Shown here in pieces: positions 10,732 to 18,998 of a stretch of 32,000 bases of DNA (the first letter of the stretch is position 1; each line of letters begins with the position of its first letter). The notes under the pieces are model-generated. The model had not been told where the DNA came from. It searched no databases and worked only from the letters and a program-made list of their open reading frames with translations. The translations under genes were made by a program, and so were the position numbers. Source of the stretch: Candidatus Paracaedimonas acanthamoebae (GTDB lineage: Bacteria > Pseudomonadota > Alphaproteobacteria > Caedimonadales > Caedimonadaceae); the NCBI GenBank assembly GCA_000743035.1, contig CP008936.1, positions 540,001-572,000 of the forward strand, in the 5' to 3' direction.

Positions 10732-11573
10732 GTTCTCGTTCCAATCCTAGAGTAGTTACAAAGCCGCGGTTGGCAAAAAAGCGAGCTTATACATCTTTGA
10801 GCATAAAACAAAATTGGAAACTTTTATCTATCGTTGTTCTTGGGTTAAGTATTGTTCTAGCATGGGCTCCTTTCATGAATGCTCTGGATATTTTTGAGAA
10901 AAGCATAGCATTAAGAGGCCAGACCTTCTTAAAACAAATTGGCTTTCAAGTTAATGATTTAATTGTTGAAGGTCGTAGCCTGACTTCTCAGGAAGATATT
11001 CTTAAGGCCGTTAATATTCAGCGGGGGGAATCTCTTTTTGCATCAGATTTAGAAGCAATAAAAAAACGCCTTGAAGCTCTTTCTTGGGTTCGGACCGCGA
11101 CGGTACAAAGACGTTGGCCTTTTACAATTTATGTGCGTCTTGCTGAATATAGACCAATTGCTTTATGGCAACAAAAAGCCAAATTCTATTTGGTAGATGA
11201 CCAAGGTCATTATTTTAAAATTCCAAAGAATAATCCTTTTCAAAGTTTGCCTATTTTAACGGGGGAAGAAGCTCCTAAGAATGCACCTCAGTTATTTTCT
11301 ATTCTAAGGGACTTTCCTAGCATTATAGGAAGAGTAACTGGCGCTATTTATCTAGGTAAGAGACGATGGGATCTTATGTTAGATAACCGTTTGAAGCTCA
11401 AACTCAGCGAAGAAAGAATTAAGCAAAGCCTTATTCAATTCGTAAAAATGGAAGAAGGTCGTAAGATTAGTGATAAAAATATTGTTGCGATTGATTTAAG
11501 ATTTGAAGATAAAGTTTATTTTCAGTTGGCTCCTGAAGCCGCTGAAATTAAATTGTCGTCAAAACAGACATGA
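10698..11573 (+). CDS. ftsQ: cell division protein FtsQ (POTRA domain)
   Basis: Basic cytoplasmic N-terminus, one TM helice (LLSIVVLGLSIVLAWAPF), and a POTRA-like segment (VNDLIVEGRSLTSQEDILKAV...WVRTATVQRRWPFTIYVRLAEYRPIALW). Position is ddl-ftsQ-ftsA. The start could instead be the ATG at 10719. Confidence 0.85.
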   Translation: MDDRKSTMSSLSSRSNPRVVTKPRLAKKRAYTSLSIKQNWKLLSIVVLGLSIVLAWAPFMNALDIFEKSIALRGQTFLKQIGFQVNDLIVEGRSLTSQEDILKAVNIQRGESLFASDLEAIKKRLEALSWVRTATVQRRWPFTIYVRLAEYRPIALWQQKAKFYLVDDQGHYFKIPKNNPFQSLPILTGEEAPKNAPQLFSILRDFPSIIGRVTGAIYLGKRRWDLMLDNRLKLKLSEERIKQSLIQFVKMEEGRKISDKNIVAIDLRFEDKVYFQLAPEAAEIKLSSKQT

Positions 11574-11580
11574 GCGTAAA

Positions 11581-12855
11581 ATGAGTCTTTTTTCTTTTCG
11601 TAAAAATCACAAGCTAACAGTAAAAGATATAATTGCTGGTTTAGATATTGGAGCCTCTAAAGTTTCTTGTGGAATTGCGCGCTTAGATGCGAGCAGAAAA
11701 CTAAGAATTATAGGCTATGGCCATCAAGCATCCCGCGGTTTAAAAGCTGGGATGATTATAGATATGGAGGCATTAACTTCTTCTGTTGTAGGGGCTATTC
11801 ATGCTGCTGAAGAAATGGCAGAGGAGACTCTTCAAGAGGTTTTTTTAGGAGTATCACCTGCGATTACAAAGTCTCATTCTTTACGCATAGAGGCAAATAT
11901 TTCTGGTCATGCTATTGATGCGACTGATTTAAAAAAAATCTCAGCTCAAGCATGTCATGAAGTTGAGAGAGCAGGCAATCATGTAATTCATATGATTCCT
12001 ATGACTTATGATATTGATAATGCACATGACATTAAAGATCCTCGGGGAATGTTTGGTGAAACTTTACGTTCTTCAATTTCTCTTATTTCTTCCCAACCCT
12101 CAATCTTGCGTAATTTTGTAGCTTGTATCGAAAGATGTCACCTTGGGGTCGCTGGTTTTGTTTCTTCTAGTTATGCATCTGGCCTTGCAACGTTAGTAGA
12201 GGATGAATTTGAACTTGGAGCAACTGTGATTGATATGGGCGCTGGAACCACATCTATTGCTGTTTTTCATGATTCTAAGCTCTCTTATACAGATACGATT
12301 TTAGTTGGCGGGGCTCATGTCACAGCTGATATTGCGCGAGGTTTTTCGACTCCTATGATTCATGCTGAGCGCCTTAAAGCGCTTTACGGAAGCGCAATGG
12401 TTTCCTCCAATGATGAACGAGAGAAAATTGTTGTGCCTCAGATAGGAGAAGATGAAAATCATAAAGGCAGTCAAATAACAAGAGGTGAATTAGTGCGAAT
12501 AGTTCGTCCTCGGATAGAAGAAACATTTGAGCTTATAAGAGATCGGATGAAAGCCGCTGGTGTTCATAAAAATGCGGGAAAAAGGCTCGTCATAACAGGA
12601 GGGGCGAGCCAATTGGCAGGTGTTATTCAGCTTGCTAATCTTGTTCTTGAAAAGCAAGGACGTCTTGGAAAGCCCCTCCATCTTTTAGGATTGGAGCAAG
12701 GCTCAAGAAACCCAATGTTTTCAGCATGTGCCGGATTAATGATGTATGGTAAAAATACTTATGACAGTTTAAGAGAGTTTCCCGAAAAGCAAGGCCAGAG
12801 TAATATAAATCAATTTTTTGGTCAGATTGGGTACTGGTTGCGCGAGAATTTGTAG
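11581..12855 (+). CDS. ftsA: cell division protein FtsA (actin-like ATPase)
   Basis: IAGLDIGASKVSC phosphate-1 motif, DMGAGTTSIAVF, ITGGASQLAG. I chose the ATG at 11581, 8 nt after the ftsQ stop, over the upstream extension at 11503, which overlaps ftsQ. Confidence 0.9.
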   Translation: MSLFSFRKNHKLTVKDIIAGLDIGASKVSCGIARLDASRKLRIIGYGHQASRGLKAGMIIDMEALTSSVVGAIHAAEEMAEETLQEVFLGVSPAITKSHSLRIEANISGHAIDATDLKKISAQACHEVERAGNHVIHMIPMTYDIDNAHDIKDPRGMFGETLRSSISLISSQPSILRNFVACIERCHLGVAGFVSSSYASGLATLVEDEFELGATVIDMGAGTTSIAVFHDSKLSYTDTILVGGAHVTADIARGFSTPMIHAERLKALYGSAMVSSNDEREKIVVPQIGEDENHKGSQITRGELVRIVRPRIEETFELIRDRMKAAGVHKNAGKRLVITGGASQLAGVIQLANLVLEKQGRLGKPLHLLGLEQGSRNPMFSACAGLMMYGKNTYDSLREFPEKQGQSNINQFFGQIGYWLRENL

Positions 12856-12928
12856 CATTTGATTGAAATATCCTTTAGACTGCACCCATAAACTAAATTG
12901 CGATAGAATTGACAAATTGGAGAAAAAT

Positions 12929-14389
12929 ATGAGTAGAGCGATAAATCCATCAACATTACCGAACTTAGAGTTAAAACCAAAGATTACAGTTGTTGGTGTT
13001 GGTGGCGCTGGAGGCAACGCAGTTAATAATATGATCCGATCCAATTTACAAGGTGTTGAGTTCGTTGTGTGTAACACGGATGCCCAAGCTCTTGAACAGG
13101 CTTCAGCTTCTCATAGAATCCAATTAGGCACAAAAGTTACGCAAGGATTAGGAGCAGGATCCAGGCCTGAAGTTGGTCGTGCTGCCGCTGAAGAATCACA
13201 TGAAGAGTTATCTCAACTCTTAGCTGGCAGTAATATGGTCTTTATTACTGCGGGAATGGGGGGAGGTACAGGGACAGGTGCAGCTCCAGTCGTGGCCCAA
13301 TTTGCTCGCGAACAAGGTATATTAACCGTTGCCGTCGTTACAAAACCTTTTCATTTTGAAGGTCGTCACCGTATGAGAACAGCTGAGTATGGCATTGAAG
13401 AACTCGCTCAGTTTGTTGATACTCTTATTGTGATTCCCAACCAAAATCTCTTTCGTGTTGCAAATGATAGAACAACTTTTGCTGAGGCCTTTAAAATGGC
13501 GGATGATGTATTGCAATCTGGCGTACGAGGAATTACAGACCTTATGATTATGCCAGGGCTTATCAACCTTGATTTCGCTGATATTCGAGCTGTGATGATG
13601 GAAATGGGGAAAGCCATGATGGGGACGGGTGAGGCTGAAGGAGAAGGTCGGGCTATTGCAGCAGCTGAAGCAGCTATTTCCAATCCGTTGCTTGATGATG
13701 TCTCTATGAAGGGGGCGCAAGCTTTGTTGATCAATATTACGGGTGGGATGGACATGACTTTAGTTGAAGTTGATGAAGCTGCAAACCGTATTCGTGAAGA
13801 AGTTGATCCAGATGCAAATATCATTTTTGGTTCAACATTTAATGAAGAAATGAATGGCCGTATGCGTGTTTCTGTGGTGGCCACAGGGATTGAGAGTGAG
13901 GCTATGAAGGTTAGAAAAGCAGAAGAAGCAAAACAAAAGAATAATATTTCTCTAACAGCCCAAGCTGAAAAAGGAGTTGTTCAAGGTTTCTTTACACGTC
14001 GAAAAGAAGAAGAAAATGATCTTTTTAATCCAACTTATAAACCAGACACTTATGATGTAGAGCAACCAGTAGAAACACAAAGCCATGAAGAGGCTTTTAC
14101 TTCAGAAGAACCTAAGCCTCTTATTCTTGATACAGAGGAAGGACATTTAGCTGGAGAAAATAAGGAGATGGCTGCTGAAGCTCCAAGATCACGTAAACTA
14201 GGCTTTTTTGAAAGAGTTGCAGAAACGATGCGAGGATCTAAATCTCAACGATCTGAAATTGAGCCCATGATTATTACAGATTCAATTGATAGTGAAGATC
14301 AATTGTTATCTGCTCAAGAGATGGCAGCTAATACTGAACAAAAGGAATTAGAAATCCCGACCTTTTTAAGGAGAGGCGCTAAGAAATAA
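12929..14389 (+). CDS. ftsZ: cell division GTPase FtsZ
   Basis: [15 protein letters not shown] and the tubulin signature [16 protein letters not shown] long acidic linker is followed by the conserved C-terminal peptide [11 protein letters not shown]. The ATG at 12929 is preceded by GGAG at 12919; the ORF-track start at 12863 adds a non-conserved leader. Confidence 0.95.
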   Translation: MSRAINPSTLPNLELKPKITVVGVGGAGGNAVNNMIRSNLQGVEFVVCNTDAQALEQASASHRIQLGTKVTQGLGAGSRPEVGRAAAEESHEELSQLLAGSNMVFITAGMGGGTGTGAAPVVAQFAREQGILTVAVVTKPFHFEGRHRMRTAEYGIEELAQFVDTLIVIPNQNLFRVANDRTTFAEAFKMADDVLQSGVRGITDLMIMPGLINLDFADIRAVMMEMGKAMMGTGEAEGEGRAIAAAEAAISNPLLDDVSMKGAQALLINITGGMDMTLVEVDEAANRIREEVDPDANIIFGSTFNEEMNGRMRVSVVATGIESEAMKVRKAEEAKQKNNISLTAQAEKGVVQGFFTRRKEEENDLFNPTYKPDTYDVEQPVETQSHEEAFTSEEPKPLILDTEEGHLAGENKEMAAEAPRSRKLGFFERVAETMRGSKSQRSEIEPMIITDSIDSEDQLLSAQEMAANTEQKELEIPTFLRRGAKK

Positions 14390-14430
14390 GGGTTTATTCT
14401 TTTAGAATTTTGTTCATGATAAGTTTCAAA

Positions 14431-14461
14431 AAATGCCTTATTTTAGTAAGGCATTTTTTTT
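14431..14461 (+). terminator. Rho-independent terminator after ftsZ
   Basis: Stem AAATGCCTTA (14431-14440) pairs with TAAGGCATTT (14447-14456), with a 6-nt loop, followed by a T-run to 14461. Confidence 0.7.
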
Positions 14462-14486
14462 GAGTTAAAAATTACCAGAGTAAAAA

Positions 14487-15038
14487 ATGACATTAACACT
14501 TCTTGAAACACCTCGTCTTTATTTACGTTCTCTAATGCTTGAAGATGTTGAGGATGTTTACGCTTATGCTAAAGATCCTCAAGTGAGTAAGTATGTCACT
14601 TGGGAGACTCATAAAACTCAAACAGAGACATATGAGTTTATACAAAATTTCGCGTTTAAAAAATATGCGGAAGGCGAGCTGGAGCCATACGGGATAGTTC
14701 TTAAAGAAGAGAATCGTATTATTGGCACAGTAGGGTGCAGCTGGCAGAAGAAAAAAGACAATACCATGTCAATGGGCTATGTTTTAGCGCGCGAATATTG
14801 GGGAAAGGGATTGATGACTGAAGCGGCTCAAGCGCTTTTGGATTATGCTTTTAAAAGTCAAAAACCTTACCTTATTATGGCGTGGTGCATTGCTGAGAAT
14901 AAGGCATCTTCACGCGTTATGCAAAAACTTGGAATGACGTTTGAAGGATGTCTTAGAGGTCGGATATTTCGTTATGGTAAGCATTGGGATATGGATGTCT
15001 ATTCAATTCTACAAAAAGAGTGGTTAAAAGGACTTTGA
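14487..15038 (+). CDS. GNAT-family N-acetyltransferase (RimJ/RimL-like)
   Basis: N-terminal LETPRLYLRSL...EDVEDVYAYAKDP, a core (GTVGC...GYVLAREYWGKGLMTEAAQALLDYAF) and an NKASSRVMQKLGMTFEG tail. Together these are typical of the Acetyltransf_3/RimJ-like family. Confidence 0.8.
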   Translation: MTLTLLETPRLYLRSLMLEDVEDVYAYAKDPQVSKYVTWETHKTQTETYEFIQNFAFKKYAEGELEPYGIVLKEENRIIGTVGCSWQKKKDNTMSMGYVLAREYWGKGLMTEAAQALLDYAFKSQKPYLIMAWCIAENKASSRVMQKLGMTFEGCLRGRIFRYGKHWDMDVYSILQKEWLKGL

Positions 15039-15343
15039 TTTAAAAGGGTGTTTCAGTTTTATAATAGACATGTTTTGTAAGTTTTTATTCTCTCAAAAAA
15101 GAGTTTATTTTGTGCAACTATATGAGAATAATCCTATAGTGTGTATTTCAAACATAGTGTGGACTATAGAGAAACAACGCGCAGATGTGATACGCTCCTC
15201 ATTGGCTGAGTACAGAAGATGTTCGCATGTAGCAATATTAGAAGCTATAAGATAAATTTTGTTTTCAGTAAGATATGTTTATCAGTTGGGACAGAACTGC
15301 CAATATGAAAGCTAATATTATTAACTTTTTTAACTTTTGAACG

Positions 15344-15565
15344 ATGATGTCTCATAAACTTTCTGCAACGGTCACTCAGATTCTTAATATTCTCAATGAT
15401 GGAACACTTCACACAGGTATTGATATTGGAGATGCTTTGGGAATTTCATGTACGGCTGTTTGGAAAGTTATCAAGCGGCTACAAAAGTACAACATTGATA
15501 TTCAATCTCAGCATTAAGGATATCACTTAAAAGAGCCATTAATTTTTTCTATGGTTAACGAATAA
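15344..15565 (+). pseudogene. BirA-type winged-helix (HTH_11-like) N-terminal fragment interrupted by in-frame stops
   Basis: Translation is MMSHKLSATVTQILNILNDGTLHTGIDIGDALGISCTAVWKVIKRLQKYNIDIQSQH*GYHLKEPLIFSMVNE*. The HTH followed by G-Y-x-L-x-E-P matches the biotin-repressor N-terminal domain layout. A TAA at 15515-15517 falls where BirA has the residue before GY, and a second stop is at 15563-15565. No intact ligase domain follows. Confidence 0.55.
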
Positions 15566-15669
15566 ATTAATATTAAGATAGAGTGCTTAGAAATAAGCTC
15601 AATTCCTAATCTTTTACGAAATGGTAAAAATACTTCTGGCCTTGAGCAATTAGTGCTGAGAATAAATAG

Positions 15670-15863
15670 AATACTTGGTATGAAAACCAGCGGCTTTAAG
15701 GCTTCAAAACATGGTGATGTAGAGCATTATTAATGTCTCTTTTTTAGCTAGATGTTTTTGAAAACGTAAGGTTAAAATTATCTTTATATTTGAATAGTGA
15801 CAACAGTAGGATATAGATGTCTATGCAATTTTAACACAAGAGTGGTTGCATCCTAAAAAATAA
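15670..15863 (+). pseudogene. degraded remnant of a second GNAT acetyltransferase copy (3' end)
   Basis: 15810-15863 encodes DIDVYAILTQEWLHPKK*, compared with DMDVYSILQKEWLKGL* in the intact GNAT (14988-15038), with clear nucleotide-level similarity. Upstream pieces (DVFEN... at 15751; ILGMKTSG...KHGDVEHY* at 15674-15733) resemble KLGMTFEG...KHWDMDVY but lie in other frames and carry stops (TAG at 15807). Confidence 0.55.
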
Positions 15864-16000
15864 AAAACTTTTTTTTATTCAAATTGTTGCGTAGCTTTTT
15901 ATCGATGTTTCTACTTAAAAGTAGAAAGCTATAATTCTTTTAAACTTCAATTCACCTGCTTCATTTCTTAATTTGTTCATACGGGTTTACTAATTTTATT

Positions 16001-16234
16001 GCAGGAGGGGGCTGCACGAGCTTTCAAGACTTGGAAAGTATAGAGGAGAGGGAAGCCGAAAGTCATTTATGACGACCCCCACTAATGTAGATATTAAAAG
16101 TGAAGAATTTTATCCTGGCGAGGGCTAAATTGAGGAGAAGTTCTTTTATTGAATCAATTAGTTAACAACTAATTTACGTCTTTGTTAAAGGCGCAGCTTG
16201 AGGAAATTACTCCTTTAAAAGCTGCGCTTTTTTT
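16001..16234 (+). ncRNA. candidate small transcript / structured RNA of unknown class
   Basis: A G-rich start (GCAGGAGGGGGCTGCACGAG), unusual for this AT-rich DNA. Local helices include CTTTC/GAAAG around 16021-16038, GTCA/TGAC at 16062-16073, and GGGGG (16007-16011) with a potential partner CCCCC (16076-16080). A strong plus-strand intrinsic terminator follows. No plus-strand ORF of 60 aa or more is present, and it matches no RNA family I recognise. Confidence 0.3.
16187..16234 (+). terminator. strong plus-strand intrinsic terminator convergent on the hemB operon
   Basis: A 9-bp stem GCGCAGCTT (16191-16199) / AAGCTGCGC (16219-16227) with an inner 4-bp AGGA/TCCT helix, then a T7 run at 16228-16234. 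The minus-strand side lacks a U-tract. The hairpin overlaps the last codons of the minus-strand lipoprotein ORF. Confidence 0.65.
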
Positions 16235-16446
16235 CGTTCTTCTTTGCCCTTTAAAAGATTTTTCTGATGCTCAGATTTAAGTTTCAATTCTTCTTGAGTG
16301 TGAACTTGTTGTGGGGTAAATTTATAACCTTCAGGAACAGAGTGTAAAGTTTCAAAAGGCTGCGGGTCTTCATCTTGGAAAACAAGATAAGATCCAATAC
16401 AGCCGGAAAGAGTTAAACATGACAGAGTTAAAATAATTTTCTTCAT
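16207..16446 (-). CDS. small lipoprotein of unknown function
   Basis: Signal peptide with lipobox MKKIILTLSCLTLSGC and a charged Lys/Glu-rich C-terminus. The ATG overlaps the hemB stop (ATGA), suggesting co-translation with hemB. Confidence 0.6.
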   Translation of the reverse strand: MKKIILTLSCLTLSGCIGSYLVFQDEDPQPFETLHSVPEGYKFTPQQVHTQEELKLKSEHQKNLLKGKEERKKAQLLKE

Positions 16447-17456
16447 TTTTTTAGTAACTTAGCAACATCGCATGCACCATAGGATAGAATACCATCGGCA
16501 CCAGCTCGTTTAAATGCTAGCATAATTTCAAAAAGAGTTTTCTCATAATCCACGATTCCTTGAGTTGATGCAGCTTTAAGCATAGCATATTCCCCACTGA
16601 CATGAAAAGCAAAGGTCGGTACCATAAATTTTTGCTTCACCTGGTGGATAATGTCTAAATAAGGAAGCCCTGGCTTAACCATGACAGAATCTGCACCTTC
16701 TGAGATGTCTAAAGCAACCTCGCGAAGAGCTTCACACGCATTTGCTGGATCCATTTGATACGTTTTCTTATTTTTGACCCCTAAACATTGATCTGAACCT
16801 AAAGCTTCTCTGAAAGGATTATAGAACGCGGATGCATATTTTGCCGCATAGGACATAATAGCAACATCTTGATAACCATGCGCGTCTAGATAGTGTCGTA
16901 TCGCGCCAACTCTTCCATCCATCATATCTGAAGGGGCCACAATATCTGCGCCGGCTTCTGCTTGAAGTAAAGCGTGCTTGCATAAAGCTTGCACAGTTTC
17001 ATCATTGGCGACATCATCTCCGCCTTTAATAAGTCCATCATGTCCATGACTTGTGAAGGAATCTAAGGCTGGGTCTGAAATAATTCCAAGATGCGGGTAA
17101 GATCTTTTAAGTGCTCGAATGGCTTGCAACAGCACATTCTCGGCGTTTAAAGCTTCCATTGCATGTTCACAACGCTTTTCAATGGGGATAACGGGAAAAA
17201 GAGCTAACGCTTTAATCCCTAACTCTTGAGCTTTTCCTGCTGCCTCAACAAGCTCAGTGACGGTGAAACGTACAACACCGGGCATTCCTTTAATTGTAGG
17301 TGAGAGAGTTTCTTCTCGGACAAAAGTTGGCCAAATAAGATCATTTGAACTTAAAACTGTCTCAGCAACAAGCTGGCGCATCCATTCAAAACGGCGATGG
17401 CGACGTAGTCGTGTTGTAGGAAACTGTCCAAGGAAATAAGAATTCGCAGTGCTCAA
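16443..17456 (-). CDS. hemB: porphobilinogen synthase (delta-aminolevulinic acid dehydratase)
   Basis: RLRRHRR N-terminal motif, Asp-rich metal region DPALDSFTSHGHDG, and active-site Lys contexts (VMVKPGLPYLD, SGEYAML). TTG start at 17456; the conserved N-terminus precedes the first internal Met. Confidence 0.93.
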   Translation of the reverse strand: MSTANSYFLGQFPTTRLRRHRRFEWMRQLVAETVLSSNDLIWPTFVREETLSPTIKGMPGVVRFTVTELVEAAGKAQELGIKALALFPVIPIEKRCEHAMEALNAENVLLQAIRALKRSYPHLGIISDPALDSFTSHGHDGLIKGGDDVANDETVQALCKHALLQAEAGADIVAPSDMMDGRVGAIRHYLDAHGYQDVAIMSYAAKYASAFYNPFREALGSDQCLGVKNKKTYQMDPANACEALREVALDISEGADSVMVKPGLPYLDIIHQVKQKFMVPTFAFHVSGEYAMLKAASTQGIVDYEKTLFEIMLAFKRAGADGILSYGACDVAKLLKK

Positions 17457-17614
17457 GCAAAACCTTTAACTTTTGTTTTTCTTTTCACTACCTTGATTTT
17501 TAATTGGAAACAACTTAAAAAATATTGCCAGAGGAGCTCAGGTAAAAAACTTGGTTGCATTTCATATACGATTCGTTAGGATCATGCCACGTTTTAGTTT
17601 AAAAAGGATAAAAA

Positions 17615-18955
17615 ATGTCCATCGCCAAAGCGATAACTCAAGATATCTATGAGACTTTTCAAAAACTTGCAAATGTGGAAAAGCATAGCTACCGCTATTG
17701 GCGGATCCGCATTCTTTATTCTACCATCATTGGATATGCGGCTTATTACCTTGTGAGGCAGAATTTCTCCATGGCTATGCCTGGTTTGATGGAGGAGTTT
17801 GGATATTCAAAAGTTGAGTTAGGTTGGATAGTAACAACTTTCTCAATTGTCTATGGGATTGGAAAGTTTTTTAATGGATACTTGAGTGATCGCTCAAATG
17901 CTCGCTATTTTATGTCAATTGGCTTATTTTTATCTGCCATTGTTAGCGTCTTTATGGGATTAGGCTTTGGCTTAGGAACAATGGCATTTATATGGGGAAT
18001 TAATGCTTGGTTTCAGTCCATGGGATGGCCTCCTGCAGCACGTATGCTAACGCATTGGTTTAGCCCTAAAGAATTAGGGACAAAGTGGGGGTTATGTGCT
18101 TCTTCGCATCAGATTGGAGCTGCGGTAATTTTGGTTTTGGCAGGATATCTTATTGATATCTTTGGATGGCGCTCGGCCTTTATTGTTCCTTCTGTGTTGG
18201 CATTGATTTTTTCTATTTATTTATTTAATCGTCTTCGAGATACGCCTCAAGAGGTTGGTTTACCACCTGTTGAAGAATATAAAGGTGATGGCGTTAATAA
18301 TGAATCCAGTGAAAGAATTACCATCCGTGAAGTTTTATCAGAGGTTTTTGGAAATAAACTTGTTTGGTATATAGGAATCGCAAATATGTGCCTTTATATC
18401 CCACGTATTGGTGTTTTTACCTGGGCTCCAACGTTTCTAAAAGAATTTAAAGGCGTCACTTTGCTTGTTGCTGGTTGGCAAACTGCAGGTTTTGAAGTCG
18501 CTGGGTTATTAGGAGGAATTCTTGCTGGTTGGTTTTCTGATAGAATATTTAGTGGTAGAAGAGGACCTGTTGGCGCTCTATTCCTTCTAGGTCTTTCTGT
18601 TTGTCTCCTCGCTATTTGGCTTATCCCTAAGGGGCACCCTTTCTTAGATACCTTGGCTCTGATGGTTGCGGGTTTCCTTGTTTATGGTCCGCAAGTTCTT
18701 GCAGGGGTTGCTTGTGCGGATTTGACCTCCAAAAGGGCTGTTGGGGTGGCTATTGGTTTTACAGGAAGCTTTGCTTATGCAGGTTCTGCAATTTCAGGGG
18801 TAGGAATTGGTGCTATTGTTGAAACATATGGTTGGCCTGGTGGTTTTCTTCTGTTTATTATAACATCTCTTATCGGCGCATTCTTCTTTTCCTTAACATG
18901 GAATCATCGTTCCAAGAATTTAAGTCCTGAGGAGAAGACTGAAGCGACGGATTAA
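17615..18955 (+). CDS. MFS organophosphate:phosphate antiporter family transporter (GlpT/UhpC-like)
   Basis: The N-terminal RYWRIRILYSTIIGYAAYYLVRQNFSMAMP...GKFFNGYLSDRSNAR closely follows the GlpT/UhpT/UhpC pattern (GYAAYYLVRKNF...SDRSNPR). About 12 hydrophobic segments. AAGGA RBS before the ATG. Confidence 0.85.
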   Translation: MSIAKAITQDIYETFQKLANVEKHSYRYWRIRILYSTIIGYAAYYLVRQNFSMAMPGLMEEFGYSKVELGWIVTTFSIVYGIGKFFNGYLSDRSNARYFMSIGLFLSAIVSVFMGLGFGLGTMAFIWGINAWFQSMGWPPAARMLTHWFSPKELGTKWGLCASSHQIGAAVILVLAGYLIDIFGWRSAFIVPSVLALIFSIYLFNRLRDTPQEVGLPPVEEYKGDGVNNESSERITIREVLSEVFGNKLVWYIGIANMCLYIPRIGVFTWAPTFLKEFKGVTLLVAGWQTAGFEVAGLLGGILAGWFSDRIFSGRRGPVGALFLLGLSVCLLAIWLIPKGHPFLDTLALMVAGFLVYGPQVLAGVACADLTSKRAVGVAIGFTGSFAYAGSAISGVGIGAIVETYGWPGGFLLFIITSLIGAFFFSLTWNHRSKNLSPEEKTEATD

Positions 18956-18998
18956 TAAGGTAAGTGAAAATTATTAAATTACCCTATTTATAAATATT

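Noticed and set aside
11503-11580. N-terminal extensions offered by the ORF track for ftsA (11503), ftsZ (12863), ssb (29223), ihfA (31406) and the NTT gene (19934)
   Set aside because: The extensions add non-conserved residues, overlap upstream genes or lack an SD. The downstream ATGs give N-termini that match the conserved family starts. For ihfA the choice remains uncertain.
13408-13884. 158-aa and 132-aa minus-strand ORFs inside ftsZ. Similar shadow ORFs occur at 1142-1415, 3098-3307, 9771-10064, 12769-13077, 22765-23116, 24848-25125, 26258-26602 and 28383-28644.
   Set aside because: All lie antisense to, or out of frame within, strongly supported conserved genes. Their low-complexity or odd composition is typical of shadow ORFs, and they lack SD sequences.
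15070-15255. 61-aa plus-strand ORF (MFCKFLFSQKRVYF...)
   Set aside because: It has no SD and no recognisable motif, and it lies in the decaying intergenic zone. It is most likely a chance ORF in AT-rich DNA. The short ATAGTGTG direct repeats around 15136-15160 are too short to interpret.
16001-16236. Possible tmRNA (5' GGGGGCTG..., potential tag-like ORF ending ...EEFYPGEG*, CCCCCAC downstream) or a glycine-riboswitch-like GGAGAG...GCCGAAAG
   Set aside because: No T-arm (GGTTCGAnTCC-like) or CCA-ended acceptor piece lies nearby on either side. The putative tag lacks the hydrophobic Ala-Ala end. The riboswitch cores match only in fragments, and no downstream gene exists to be regulated. I kept it only as an unclassified candidate sRNA.
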